This document shows, piece after piece, positions 24,134 through 36,016 of a stretch of 41,453 nucleotides of DNA. The number at the start of each line of letters is the position of its first letter. The first letter of the stretch is position 1. The stretch comes from Spirogloea muscicola (lineage: Eukaryota). The stretch covers positions 724,654 to 766,106 of the forward strand of contig WELB01000027.1 of assembly GCA_009602725.1 (NCBI GenBank), written 5' to 3'. The notes under the pieces are model-generated. The model did not search any database. It had not been told where the DNA came from and was given only the letters and a program-made list of their open reading frames with translations. The position numbers were made by a program, and so were the translations under genes.

Positions 24134-25044
24134 GACCGCCGTTTCAGAGCCGCTGTCTGCGTGGCACAAATACGTTGACACTTACTTGCAGAGAGAGAAC
24201 GAATCCTGCTGGCCTCCACAGATCGGCCTGCATCTCAACTAGCGGCCTCAATTGCAGCCGCTGAGATTGGCAAGATCGTGCCACAGGCCCCCTTCGCAGA
24301 CCTTGTCCCCTCATTGCTGCCAGTGCTTTAGGGGGGTCGCTACAGCTGGAGCTTGCGAAGCACAGATCCAGAATACTTTTTGATCGTCCGTCTGCGGCCT
24401 CCGCAAGCAGCTGTATTGAAGTGCGTTCAAGTCATACACATAAGAAGAGCTCAAGTCACTGTCGTCAAGTCACCGTCGTCTTGTGCAGAAAGTGTGCAGG
24501 TGTGCAAATACATCAAGATGGCTACGCCTCCTCATATTGATGACGGGGTCTTAACTGCTGACAGCGAGCTCCTGCTGGCCTGCCGCGCCCTGCAATGCTT
24601 GCCAAGGTGCTCTAGGATGGGTACTGCTCTCAGGTCGAGCAAAGAGAGCATGTTGCCAATCAGCAAGCTTGAGTGCACCGTGGTCCAATGCTCCCTGCTC
24701 CTTGCTCAGAATGGTGTAGAATATCATCAAAGCAGATGGACACACAAGTAACAGCTTGCTTGCACCAATACCAAGAGCTAAGCTTCCGGAAGCAGTGCTG
24801 CTACTGGTGTAAGGTGCACAGCTAGGAGGGAGCAGTGGCTTACATGAATGCGTGAGAAGGTGCTAGCAAGTGCAGACCACCCAATCCTGAGGTTCTGGGT
24901 GAGGGCTAATGCTCCTCATTGTGGGGCTTCGGTTGAACAAACGCTCTCATAAAAGGGGCTGAAGACCAACTTGGTTTGGTCTTGCACAAAGCATGCAGGG
25001 CCCATCCTTTACAAAGCTTGACGAAGAAGGTGACCTCATCCAGT

Positions 25045-25460
25045 ACAGGGCGATGGCTGTGTCAGGCCAGCCCCGAACAAGAATAAGCTAAGTTCGGATG
25101 GGCCAGAAAAGCAACAAAGAACACAGTAACATCTACGTCAGTAGGTGCAGGATACTGAGCACGCGGTAAAGACTAGTATCCTGCTTGTTGCGCCATCCGG
25201 CCCTTCCAGACCTTGTCCATTCCTGTGGGCTGGCTTCTCGCAGCCACTGCTGTCAATCTGGAAAGGCTGTTTCTTGATGTCCTCTGTTGAGCTTTAGCCG
25301 CAGGTTAGAGAAACAAGTCCACGGGTAGCGAGGTCCCCTGGCCAGAGCCAGAGGCTGCAGCCAAAGCGCGACCGGCACGCAGATGCAACGCGCTTGACTG
25401 AGCTCCCCAGGCGTCAGGATGGCGGAACGAGTGTGTATCAAGAGATGGAGGGCCTGTGCT
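25045..25460. mobile_element. Cluster of truncated CRE-like 3' fragments (-,+,-,-)
   Basis: ~25045-25147 (-) UTR with GGGCTGG..CAGCC hairpin. ~25148-25262 (+) GY* plus UTR. ~25270-25405 (-) LRAGRALAAASGSGQG..SNLRL. ~25420-25460 (-) UTR matching 10060-10095. Confidence 0.7.
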
Positions 25461-25779
25461 GGCGACGAGTGTTCCTGACCTAAACGGAAACCCTAGTATC
25501 CAAACCCTAACCCATTAACCATAAATCGTAAACCGTAAACCCTCACGAGTCCTCGAGCTCGTGTCTAGCAACTCGTGGCGACTGCGGTCCTACTTGGAGC
25601 GCCTCAAGCAGTGCAGTGGAGTCGCAGCAGATGCGGCGAGGCCTCTCGGCCATGCCGGCAGCCGAAGTGCGGCAAGGCCTTGCCGAGCTCCGAGGCTTCA
25701 TTGCCATTGGCGGCGACGCCAACTGAGCTACAGGAAGGGGCTTGTGGTTTGGGCGGCGGCGGCGGCGGCGGCGCTGGCC

Positions 25780-28700
25780 ATGGCCGGCGGCGGCAGCGGG
25801 CTGCCGGCGGAGGCGGAGCTGGCGGGCATGACTAAGGCGGAGCTGAAGCGCTTCCTGGCGGCCGCCGGCGTGCTGCTGCCGTCACGCGAGCAGGACCGCG
25901 CCGCCTACGTCGACCTCGCCACGCACTACCTGCGCCGGCCGCTCCGCCGCGGCAGCGCTAGCGGCAGCGGNNNNNNNNNNNNNNNNNNNNNNNNNNNNNN
26001 NNNNNNNNNNNNNNNNNNNNNNNNNNNNNNNNNNNNNNNNNNNNNNNNNNNNNNNNNNNNNNNNNNNNNNNNNNNNNNNNNNNNNNNNNNNNNNNNNNNN
26101 NNNNNNNNNNNNNNNNNNCCGCGGGCTTCGCCGCCGTGAGCCTCGCCAAGTGGGCGCTGCTGCCCTTCTGCGACGTGGGCGCCCGGCGGCGGCCCGGCTG
26201 CGTGCCGTGCCCGGAGCACGGTGCCTGCGTCGGCGGCAGCCTCCAGTGCGCGCCCGGCTACCGTCGCTCCGGCCGTCGCTGCGTGCCCGACGAGCAGCTC
26301 GATGCGCGCGTCGATCGCCTGGTCAGACTACTATATACTCTAAACTCCTAATTGCATATCATATTGCAATCCTGATGCTAACGCTGAAATCCACATCAGG
26401 ATGTGGATGGGCAGCTCAAATTATCAACTGTCACACATAGTGCAGTCATTACTGTGTGTTCTTAATACAGGCTACTCCATCTTCAAGTGATGCTGGCATC
26501 TCTGCACCCTACCCCTAATGTTACCCTAACTCGGTCACCCCTATATGAGAAACCCTAACTTCCATGGCGCCTCTGCCCACGGTGCGCAGGCAGCTGCAGC
26601 GTGCGAGCACGTGTGCCGCCAGCGCGGCCGCAGCCTCTGCGGCCTCCCGGCTGCGGACTGGCTGTCTGAGCAGGATCTCGAGGCTGCTCTGGTGGCCGGC
26701 GGCGCTGGCCAGGAGCCGCAGTTCGTCCTGCGCCGGGCGGTGGCGCATGCCACCGAGTCGCTTGAGTCACGACAAACAGCCTCTGGGTGAGCCGGAAAAG
26801 TCACATCTTTCGCACTGCGCACCTTAGGCCCTGAGGCTTGATGATCTCTAGTATTTGTCAACAATCAGTGGCTTGATGGAAGCTCATCCATTTGTCTGTA
26901 GTAGGTCCTGCTGTCCGAGGGTGGAAGGTAAAAGGAAAACATGCCATCATAACTGCACCTAATGTTGTGATCCTAAGTTCCACCAAATTGGTGCTGACTT
27001 CAAGTAACTTCTGTGGTATGACAGCTTGTAGATTAGTCGACCCTTTAACAAAGTCAGTGGCAGACAGCAGCTTACCTTGACCTGCCTGACTTATCTCCGC
27101 AGCGCCGTCGAGTACACCTGCTCGGCCGCCGCCGCCGCCGCGTTTCGCCCGTTGCACTGCCGCTTAGGCCAGTGGGCTGCTGCGCACTGGTGGGTGCTCC
27201 TCGGCTTGATGCTTGTTGCCGTCGTGGCCCTGCGCTACGTTTGGAAGGCACGGCGGCATTGGGCGCTGCTGCGGCGAGCCGAGGAAATCTACCACCAGGT
27301 GAGCTTGACTTCGTAGCAGGATAGGATTTATGGGTCACGTCAGTGTTTGGTCCTCTTATCAGATTTGCCGTCTTTTACCAATTATAGACATGCAGGATTC
27401 TTAATTGATGGACTTGAAGCACAGATAGTGCGTGCTCTGGGAATGAGAGCCCGTGGTCACTGCAGGTCTGCGCCGAGCTTGAGGAGCATGCCGTTGAGTC
27501 GCAAGCCACCAGCGGCGCTGGCGAAGCCAAGCCGCCGTGGATTGTCGGCGCCCGGCTGCGCGACCACCTTCTGCGCCCACGAGAACGCAAGCAACGCGCG
27601 CTTTGGGACGAGGTTTCCCCCTCCTCCCCCCAAGCCCCAAAGCCCAATCCCTTGGCGGCGCTGCTGTCTCAGCGGGCCACCTTTGTGTGACTCAAATGCG
27701 TGATACCAGAGCCCAACAACCTGCTTAGTAGCTGACCGTAGAATCATCAGTAATCTGATCCAGTCCTCTTGAATACTGAAAGGCTGACCCTCACATATGA
27801 GTCGCCATAATCTGGAATGCAGAACTCAGAAGCCAGTCTGCAGATTCAGAGTAATACCCAAGCCCTGAGATGCTGCAGCCCGGGCCAAATGTCGACATGT
27901 CCAGAATCTTTTCCTTGCATCTTGCAAACTCGTCGTTGCAAGGGCCCATATGCTACATTGCTTGCCTTCATGTGCAAGGTGGCGCCTGTGCAGGTGGAGA
28001 GGCTTGTCCGGGACGATGCGCGCATCGACCAGTACCCACGCCTGGTCAAAGGGCAGTCGCGCACTGTCTGGGAGTGGCAGAGTGAGCCCGATTGAACTTG
28101 GACCATCACTGAGTCCAGAGTCTTTCATGTATGTCTTGATGATTCAGGGTCTCAAAACCTCAGGATTTGGAGCTCGGTGGCTGCAAAGTGCTAGCCCCGC
28201 CCTCTTGGTGCAGGCCAGGCTGCAGCCCGTCGCTGACGACGTTTGTTGATGCCCTCCAACTAACTGTGACCCCATATGCATTGCCAGCCGAGGGAGCGCT
28301 TCTTTCCCCTCTGCAGCGCAGCCGGCAAAAGGCCCTCAACGGAGCAGCGACGACTGTGCAGCGTGCTCCACTGCCGCCTGACAATGTGAGGACCCTCACT
28401 TGCTCTGCTCTTATCTTAACTCTAGTCCTGGGTCATACATCGAGGACAAGAGCCCATCTTGTAGGTAAAATTAAGACTAATTCATTAGTATGGCATTTCT
28501 ACACAACGCACACCTGCAAGCCTGACCCACTCTCTTGCAAGTTCGTGCCGAGGAACTGTTAACTTCATAGTTGGCTCTTGAGGTGGTCACAGAAACATGC
28601 ACAAGGCACAACACATTGCCTGCCTCCAAGCTTGTACTTGAGCCCCTAGCTCGAAATGTGATCCCAGTGCTTGGATTGGAGCTGCGGTATGATGTATTTC

Positions 28701-28937
28701 AGTCAATTCAAAGCTTTTATGTATGGGTCATCATCCAGAGTTTCTAGTTACTGTACAATTCAATTTCAGTTAGGGGCTCATGTTGTGCTGCGCCTACAGG
28801 AGTTTACCACTGGCGGCCAACCACGGTCTCGGCTCTATCCACCATTAGAGAGCATCGGCGAACAGACCCGCCCACCTGCAAAGCCTGGCACTGGTTCTTC
28901 ACAACCAAGCTGGTGGTCTCTGAAGCAAAGTAGATAA
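25780..28937 (+). CDS. MAN1: MAN1/Src1-like inner nuclear membrane protein (Man1-Src1p C-terminal domain)
   Basis: ATG at 25780 runs into the gap. Later exons: <26119-26321, 26590-26786, 27103-27298, 27466-27612, 27994-28081, 28288-28385, 28800-28937. Motifs: PFCD..CVPCPEHGACVGGSLQCAPGYRRSGRRCVPD, transmembrane WWVLLGLMLVAVVALRYVW, AEEIYHQVC, PWIVGARLRDHLL, LWDEVERLVRDDARIDQYPRLVKGQSRTVWEWQ. The last two exons are less certain. Confidence 0.87.
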
Positions 28938-29494
28938 TCCGGCTACATTTTGTCTGGTGCGCAATCACTGTATAATGCTAACACAATTTGGTAACAGCTC
29001 AGACATACGACGTTAGAACAGGCCAGAGAATGAGACTAGGCTTAAAAGAGGAGCTGAGGAGACCGCTTTGGAGGTATAGATATCAGGCGCATTCACTAAT
29101 TGTTTGTAGCAATCAGGAAGCTTAATGTGCTCCATAGCTGTCGGTTACAGGCACCCAAGTCACCCACAGGATGTTACCAGCAAAGTCTTGGGAGTTGATA
29201 AACGTGCACACAGCTCCGCCGCTTTGTAGGCCCGAAGTGCTAAAATCTCCTCTAATAGTAGTGGCCCTAGATTGGCGCCGGTAATGCACCGGCAATCCAG
29301 TGAGGTCCAAAAACCGGGAAGCACACTGTGAACGAGATCGGTGACACTGTCCGAGCACACACTTTGTGCATAACTGTGGGAGTGAGGAGAGGCCTGTCAT
29401 AATGGCAGCTAAAGCACAAGACTTATGCTGGTTCCATTAATGACGAGCTATGTGAACTCATAACCTCTACATGGTGCAGTACTATCTTAGATCT

Positions 29495-32400
29495 TTAGCC
29501 ATTGCTTGCAGCTTGGAGATCCCCGGACTCACTGCGAGCAAACTCCTCAATGAGCTCCCGCTGGTGTGAAGTCACATGCCTGCCACAATCAACAAGGTAA
29601 GCATGTGTTGAGACTGTCATCAGCCTGCTCCTGATGCCCTTGACAGAGGTCACAGGTGAGCTCTTGCATCATAAGCCAAACAATTGCGATTTTCTCAACT
29701 GGGGGAAAAACATGTAACCTTGGCTGCTGAGCTTGAAGCAATGGCTAGTGATGGCTTTGATTGTGAGACACTTACATGGGTATCTGGACCTGGAAGTGGA
29801 CATACTGGTCGCCATAATTGCTGCTGTTCAGCTGCTTCACTCCTGCATAGCACAGATTGCAGAATGTCGCGCAAAGTAACCAAAATAGCACAATAATGAC
29901 GTGCCAATGTAACAAAATAGCAAGCTAAGGCCTGGACTTCGTTCCAGAACAATAGCTGCGGTAGAGGGCTCCCCAAATGCACAAACTCTTTGACATACAG
30001 GACTTTATCAACAGGTGTGCTTGCTTGAAGTGAGAGATGATCTGCTTGCCTTTTCTTCGTAGCACGTTCTTGTCTCCTGGCTGTGTCCCAGGTTTAACCT
30101 GGACCAGAGCCAACAGGTCTAAGTCAAGCTCAGTCAAGCTTTGAGTGTTCGTTATGCTAATGCAAGGCAACAATGAGACCACAGCGCAGGAACAAAAGCA
30201 TCAAGAACAATCAAGGATAGATAGCAATAAGACAGGCAGCAACATATTAATGTCATTACCTTGAGGAGTACTTCTCCACTTAGCGTCGGAACTCGTACAG
30301 AGCCACCAAGGATTGCCTGCTTCCACCAAGTCAAACTATGTGAGCTTCAGCTGCTTCTGCCCAGACTAAGAAGCACATGCACTTAAGGCACATGCAGCAA
30401 CTTGCTTGGACACCCTTATAAAGCAGCGATGACTATCAACTTCTCATTGCAGAGGACAGGTATGAGGGATGCCGATGTCCGCCGCATGTTGCTTAAAGGG
30501 CAGGGCCAGATGCTTTACGAGGTGGAGAGATCAACCTGAGTGAAACTTATTGGGACTTGGATGTGGACGTCAGTTCCTTCTCGCTTGAACACCCTATCTT
30601 CTTGTACCTGCATTCAACGCCCAGCATGTATGAGACCTCCAGTTTTCCTTTCAAAGGCTGGGCTTGTGAGCCCCAGTCTTGGAGATAGACGTGCATGTTT
30701 GTCTATGAGCTGACATCAAGGACCATAATCTCAGCTGACAGCTGCAAGTAAGCTACTTTAGCTACTTAAGCAAGCCATGATGTCAACCAGCAATTTGGTC
30801 CTGGTGATAATTTACTCATGATTTCTGCTGTAAACAAATTTATTATCAAGGGGGCGATGCACGTGCGCAGCCGTTCACACACACCCTCAGGGTGATGAAG
30901 AGGTCCCCAGGCGCCCGGCTTTGGGCGCCCGCGTGGCCCTGCCTAGCCAGCCGGATGGTCACGCCCGTGTCCACTCCTGAGATTGCCAGAAAAATTTGAC
31001 AGGAAAATGACTGGACGGAGAACATGAATCATTAATATTGTAGATAAGCGCACTATATTAGTTGGTGATATTGTTGGATATATGAGCTCATATCGGCCAG
31101 GCAGCAGCCCAGAAGGACGTCAAGAAAGCAGATATGAGCTTATAAGCGCACATGATCAATAATCACGCTGAACTGAATCACCTTGACGAAACTACATCCA
31201 GATTGGTGTATCTGTGAATATGTTGACCTGCCTAAGAGCACTTATAAGGCGTTTATGAAGATAATGAGCTTCGCCTATAACTTGTTGAAATTATGATTAG
31301 ACAATTATGGAATAAGGTGCACCTGCTGGAATCTTAACATCCACCTCCCGCTGCTGCACTGTGGTGCCCTCGCCGCCGCAGCTCCCACAATGCTCCTGTA
31401 AGCACATGCGTGGCAGCCAAGGTGTGGTCAGCCCCGCTTACTTGAGTAATAGAGGCAGCCAGCTCAAGCAAGCAGCAGCCATGCCTGAAGCTGCTGAAGC
31501 TGCTGCTCAGAAAAAGGTGCCAGCGAGCAAGCCCTGCCCACAAGATGGCTGGGTCGATGAGAGGCATTGCAGAGGCACTGCAATATACATCATGGCATCC
31601 ATCTTGCCTTGACAAACATGCCAGATCCGTTGCAGGATGGGCAGGTCGACTCCATAACAAACGGCCCGTGCTGCCTCGTTGACTGGCAGAGGGACGCAAA
31701 CATGCAGATGTCTCAGAGAAGGCAGGTGAAGATGAAGTTTTAAAGATCGTTTGGACCCAATCAAAGTATTCATCTCAAAGTCCTGGATTCACTAGAGCTA
31801 GGAGGGTCGACCCCCTGGGGTGAGGAATCAGTGAGCTAATTGAAGGCAGAATAAAGTAAACTTAGTGCTTTACACTCCTCGGTTATGCTCTGAATGACTG
31901 TTGACACTCTGTAATTGGCAAGTTGATCGCAGGACTGAGCTGGAGCAGTCTAGATTTGGCTGTCTCACTAAGTTGACATGTCCAATTAGACAGACATTGT
32001 ACCATTCCAGTGCCGCCGCAAGTGCGGCATGTGGCTGGCGTTACGCCCGGCGGCAGGCCCGAACCCTCTGTGGGGCAGACAGGCGAACAAGTGTATGAGG
32101 CGATTGGCGGAGGCCTTCTCCTTGACTTTGCATTAGCATTACTGGCATCTATACTGAGTCCTTGGAGGAGTTAAACCCACAAGCCTTGATGCTGCAAGGA
32201 CTTGGAGGGCGGAGCTCACTGCACTGGGGGCATCGGACGGATGCCGGGAAGCGCACGCGCTTGGTGCCGCCCTCGACCGCCTCGCGAAAGCTGACGTCCA
32301 GAGTCAGCTGCAGCAGCAAGGCGGTGTACATCGAATGTACTCAGCAAAGACAGGCCAATGTTATTGGGCAACAGAGGTGGCGAATTGGCATGTGAGACAG

Positions 32401-34362
32401 TAGAGAAGGAGGTATAGCCATTTCTTGCTATGGTGCTGAGTATATGACAAAGGCGAGCACAGACAGGTACCTTTGCAGTGCTAAGTTGCAGCCACGAGTC
32501 AGCTCAACTGATGACAGCTTGGAGCTGTGCTATTAGAGTGTGAGACAGTGGACTGTGAAGGCGTTAGGCTTGTAGAGATCCACAACAAGAACCTCTGCAT
32601 TCCTTGACGCGCGAGACTCCCGCTGGCTGCCCCCGCCGAAGATGCCGCCAAGACCGCCAAGGCCGCCAAACATCTGCAAATGCACATGAGCCAAGATACT
32701 GACATGAGGCCTTCACAACTCCTACTTACAGATAACATGCTCAGATGAAAGTGCTTAATTGTCTGATAAGAATGACACAAGGGTTGAACATCCACTCAAA
32801 ATCAAGATCATTGCTGCCTAATTGTTGCAATTCCTCACCTCGTTCAGGTCCTCCATACGGACACCGCCGCCTGCACTGAAGCCACCGAAGCCACCGCCAG
32901 GGCCGCCGGCCGGCCCCCCACCCTGCTGCGCCTGCTCGAATGCATCCGGGCCAACCTGCCAGCCACAAGGAGTGCAACATCAATAATTATAAAGGACATA
33001 ACCCATTTTTCTCTTTGACAGGATTTGCAGAGATACTAGTTGATTATACACTTATATTAAAGCCATGAGAGATCCCAGCAACTTGCTTGCTACAAGATGC
33101 GCTGTTGAAGCTTGTAAACCTCCTGACCTTCACCATCAGAAACTTAAAACAACACAAAGTAGCTATGCTGCAGCGAGAGGCAGGCAGCTGACCTGATCAT
33201 ACATGGCCCGCTTCTCGTCATCCTTGAGCACCTGCACGTGGGCACCGCCGTACAGTCGTAAGCACAGTGGAAGGTCGGACGGTCAAGCGAGCACGACCGA
33301 GCAGTTAACAGCAGTGTCAACAGGCTGACAGATGTGAAAACCCCAGGCTAGACTTTTACAGGCATAGAGAGGCACCTCGTATGCAGCCTGAATGTCTGCA
33401 AACTTCTGCTGTGCCTGCGGGTCGTCCTTGTTCACATCCGGGTGGCTCTTCTTTGCCAGCTGCGCTTGGCGCCACCGTCACCAAGCAGCCGAGGTCAGGG
33501 GACGGCAGCGTTTGCTGCCTCAGGCGCAGAGCTTATGAAGGCATGCATACGCCGACCCCAACTCTTGGCAGGCGGTTTGGGCGGCGGGCATCTCTTACCG
33601 CATAGTATGCCTTCTTGATGTCAGCAGCACTGGCGCCACGCTGCACGCCCAAGACATCGTAGAAGTCCCTCCGTGGCGCGCCCTTGGCACCTGCACGCAG
33701 TGAGATGACGGTGGCAGTGAGCAATCTACAACAGCAGTGGGCGCACTGTGCCAAGTCCCACGGTTGGCCATGATCTGGTATGTAACTTCAGGATAATCGG
33801 AAAAGTATGAGAGTTGGATGAGAGCAAAGTCAAGGCCATAGTCCACGTCATTTGACAATGTAATATTATCTTTATGTCTGGTTCCTGTACAACACCTAAG
33901 TTGCAGTCTAAAAGTAGTAGAATCAAGGTTAAAGGTGCAAGAACAACGCCATCTGGCTATATCAATGGCCAGATTAACAATGCGGAAAACGCAAACATAC
34001 CGCTGGCATGAAACTCCCGGCGGATGCCGCCGCCGCCCATAATGCCGCCCCCTCCAAGAAAGTGCCGGCCATCGAGCGGGTCACCACGCCCACAGGATGT
34101 CGCGCTCCACAGGCCTGCAGACGATGAAAACGATGAACTATTCCGGCAGAAAATCTGCAAGGGGCTTAGAATTGCTGGCACAGACTGGCCGTGCTTGGCA
34201 ACCCTAAAGCCTTACACCCTACCCCAACCCTAACCCTAAACCCTAATCCTGAAATCGCATACCATGGAGGCAGGCCGCTGGCCGCTGCGCGGCTGTGGAT
34301 GCAGAGAACAGGCGGTGCTGCTCTAATGCCACCGTTTTGCCTTCGCCCTGCCAGGTGGCCAT
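29495..34362 (-). CDS. dnaJ: Type I DnaJ/Hsp40 co-chaperone, probably mitochondrial (GFA2-like); true start uncertain
   Basis: Exons (-): ~34362-34263, ~34114-34001, 33690-33599, 33459-33376, 33231-33193, 32955-32839, 32673-32593, 32307-32220, 32067-32003, 31682-31608, 31395-31323, 30976-30885, 30607-30536, 30316-30260, 30098-30050, 29842-29776, 29579-29495. J domain [28 protein letters not shown] region, four CxxCxGxG repeats ([32 protein letters not shown]), C-terminal [26 protein letters not shown] precedes the J domain. The first exon may be hidden at the N at 35111. Confidence 0.93.
34201..34247 (+). repeat. Degenerate plant telomere-like (CCCTAAA) tract in a DnaJ intron
   Basis: accctaaa..acccta cccc aaccctaaccctaaaccctaa. 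Similar tracts at 15381-15420 (G-rich on +), 25478-25545 and 26506-26559. Confidence 0.6.
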
Positions 34363-34613
34363 GAGAGTTTTAGCTCAGCTTTCGGTCTGATGTGGTGGCG
34401 CTGGCGAGCGCCAACGCTTGTCCTTGCCCTTGCAGGCCCGTCTCTGTTTGTGAATTGATATGAGGTGGGAGGGTGAGGAGATGGGGTGAGAGGAAGAGAG
34501 AAGGAGAAGAAACGGGTGCAGGGTGGAGATCAGGAAGCACCGGCGGAGGGAGAGAGAGCTGAGAAGGAGAGGACAGAAGGAGAGAGAGGAGAGAAGGAGA
34601 GGACAGAGACATC

Positions 34614-34955
34614 AAAGGCGCCACAACCACAGAGCTATGCAAGAGACTACAGCGACTGGAAGCTTGGTAACGCCGAGTCAGCAGCCGAAAGTCGGAGTGA
34701 CTTGCAGCTGGAAAAGAGGCACCCCTATCCAGGAGCAGCAGCTAAGGCGTTCCATATGCGGCTATCCATATCCTTCCAGCGATACCAGGCTCACGCAGTG
34801 CACTTGCGGGCAGGCCGTGTTATAGCTGCTGCTTCTGAATCTCGTCGGTGTGCCTCTTTTCCAGCTGCAAAGAGTACCTCGCAGCTGCTGACTTGGAACT
34901 ACTAAGCTCCCAGTCGCTGTAGTCTCTTGCATAGCAGTGTAGTTGTGGCGCCTTT
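34614..34955. repeat. Long imperfect inverted repeat made of two head-to-head CRE-like 3' ends
   Basis: Arms 34614-34744 and 34823-34955 share perfect blocks GCTATGCAAGAGACTACAGCGACTGG and TTGCAGCTGGAAAAGAGGCAC. The + copy encodes RLSISFQRYQAHAVHLRAGRVIAAAS..SQLLTWNY*, homologous to the other CRE ORF ends. Confidence 0.85.
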
Positions 34956-35117
34956 CGGCAAAGAAGGAGAGTAAGGGAGACATGCTTAGGAGGAGACTCG
35001 TGAAGGTGGAGGGTGAAAGAAGCTGGATTGGACTGGACAAGGCGAGGGGGCGGAGGGGAGGGGCAGAGAGAGAGCGAGCACGCTCGTGCATGCGTGCGTG
35101 AGCGAGAGCGNCAGGAT

Positions 35118-35159
<42 letters not shown>

Positions 35160-35534
35160 GGGAGGCGCCGGCGGGGCCTGCTTGGAGCTGAGTGCGAGTG
35201 ATGTGGGGCGAGGGGGGTAGTGGAGACTTAAGGAGTGGCTTAAGATCCACGGAGTAACAGATCTTGCGTGTTGTCATAAGCACTATTTAAGTCTGAGCAT
35301 TACAATAGGTCCTGAGGCGTAAACACTTCGATGAACTTAGGGCCTAGCGGCTTTTTCGTCCACTAGCTGGGGAACTTTCGGCAACACGGTTGCAGTCTGC
35401 GCGGGGGTGACTGCATGCTGCGCCAACCGTCAGTCTGACTACCCTAAAGCAGCTACTAACCACTCACCCTAAAGGACCCTCTTTGCTCTGCGGTGGTAGC
35501 GCCAAGTGCGTGAGGTCCCCCAACATAACAGCTC

Positions 35535-35722
35535 CTTCGTTCGACGGCAATGGCTGTGAGAGGCCAGCCCGAAGAAAGTGGCTCTCCCAATGGGGGCACG
35601 GGCTGTGAAAAGCCAGCCCGAAGGAATGTACAAGGTCTGAAGGAGGAATGGCGCAAAAAGCAGGTTACTAGTCTCCAAGATGTCAGCAAGTGGGCTCTCA
35701 ATTACCCTCAGTCAGCAAGTCC
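35535..35722 (-). mobile_element. Truncated CRE-like 3' end followed by a second short hairpin fragment
   Basis: Closely matches 9770-9912 (ctccaaga.gtcagcaagtgggctctcaat.acc.tc.agtcagcaagt). Ends GGGAGAGCCAC-TTTCTTC, directly followed by another GGGCTGG..CAGCC unit. Confidence 0.75.
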
Positions 35723-36016
35723 CCTGTCGTGCGTAAAGGCGTCGACGCGAGATGGCGTCGATGAGTCCAGATAAAGACCAATGCTGACGTACTAGCCTAC
35801 GAGATACACAATCCAAACATAGATATTGGCTACCTTGACCAGCTGACCTGAAGGACAGTCTCTTCTTATCAGAAGAAGTGAACAATAACAATTGTTGTCA
35901 GTTGTCAAAGATCACAACACGTAAACAATTCAAGCAGGGTTTGAATTTACTATGTAGCATCCCCACCCCCCAACTGTCAGTCCTGGCACAGGTTGAGCAG
36001 TTGGGTGAGTATCTGA

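Noticed and set aside
29122..29400. Short minus-strand ORFs between MAN1 and DnaJ
   Set aside because: No recognisable motif or splice context; probably DnaJ 3'UTR.
31040..31280. AT-rich intron with repeated ATATGAGCT/ATAAGCGCAC motifs
   Set aside because: No regular spacing or terminal inverted repeats; not CRISPR-like; cannot be assigned.
35300..35480. Telomerase RNA gene (TATA, pseudoknot-like pairing, ACCCTAAA)
   Set aside because: The template-like motif is only 8 nt and lies downstream of the structure, an internal T5 would stop Pol III, and there is no clear USE. Kept only as an unassigned structured element.
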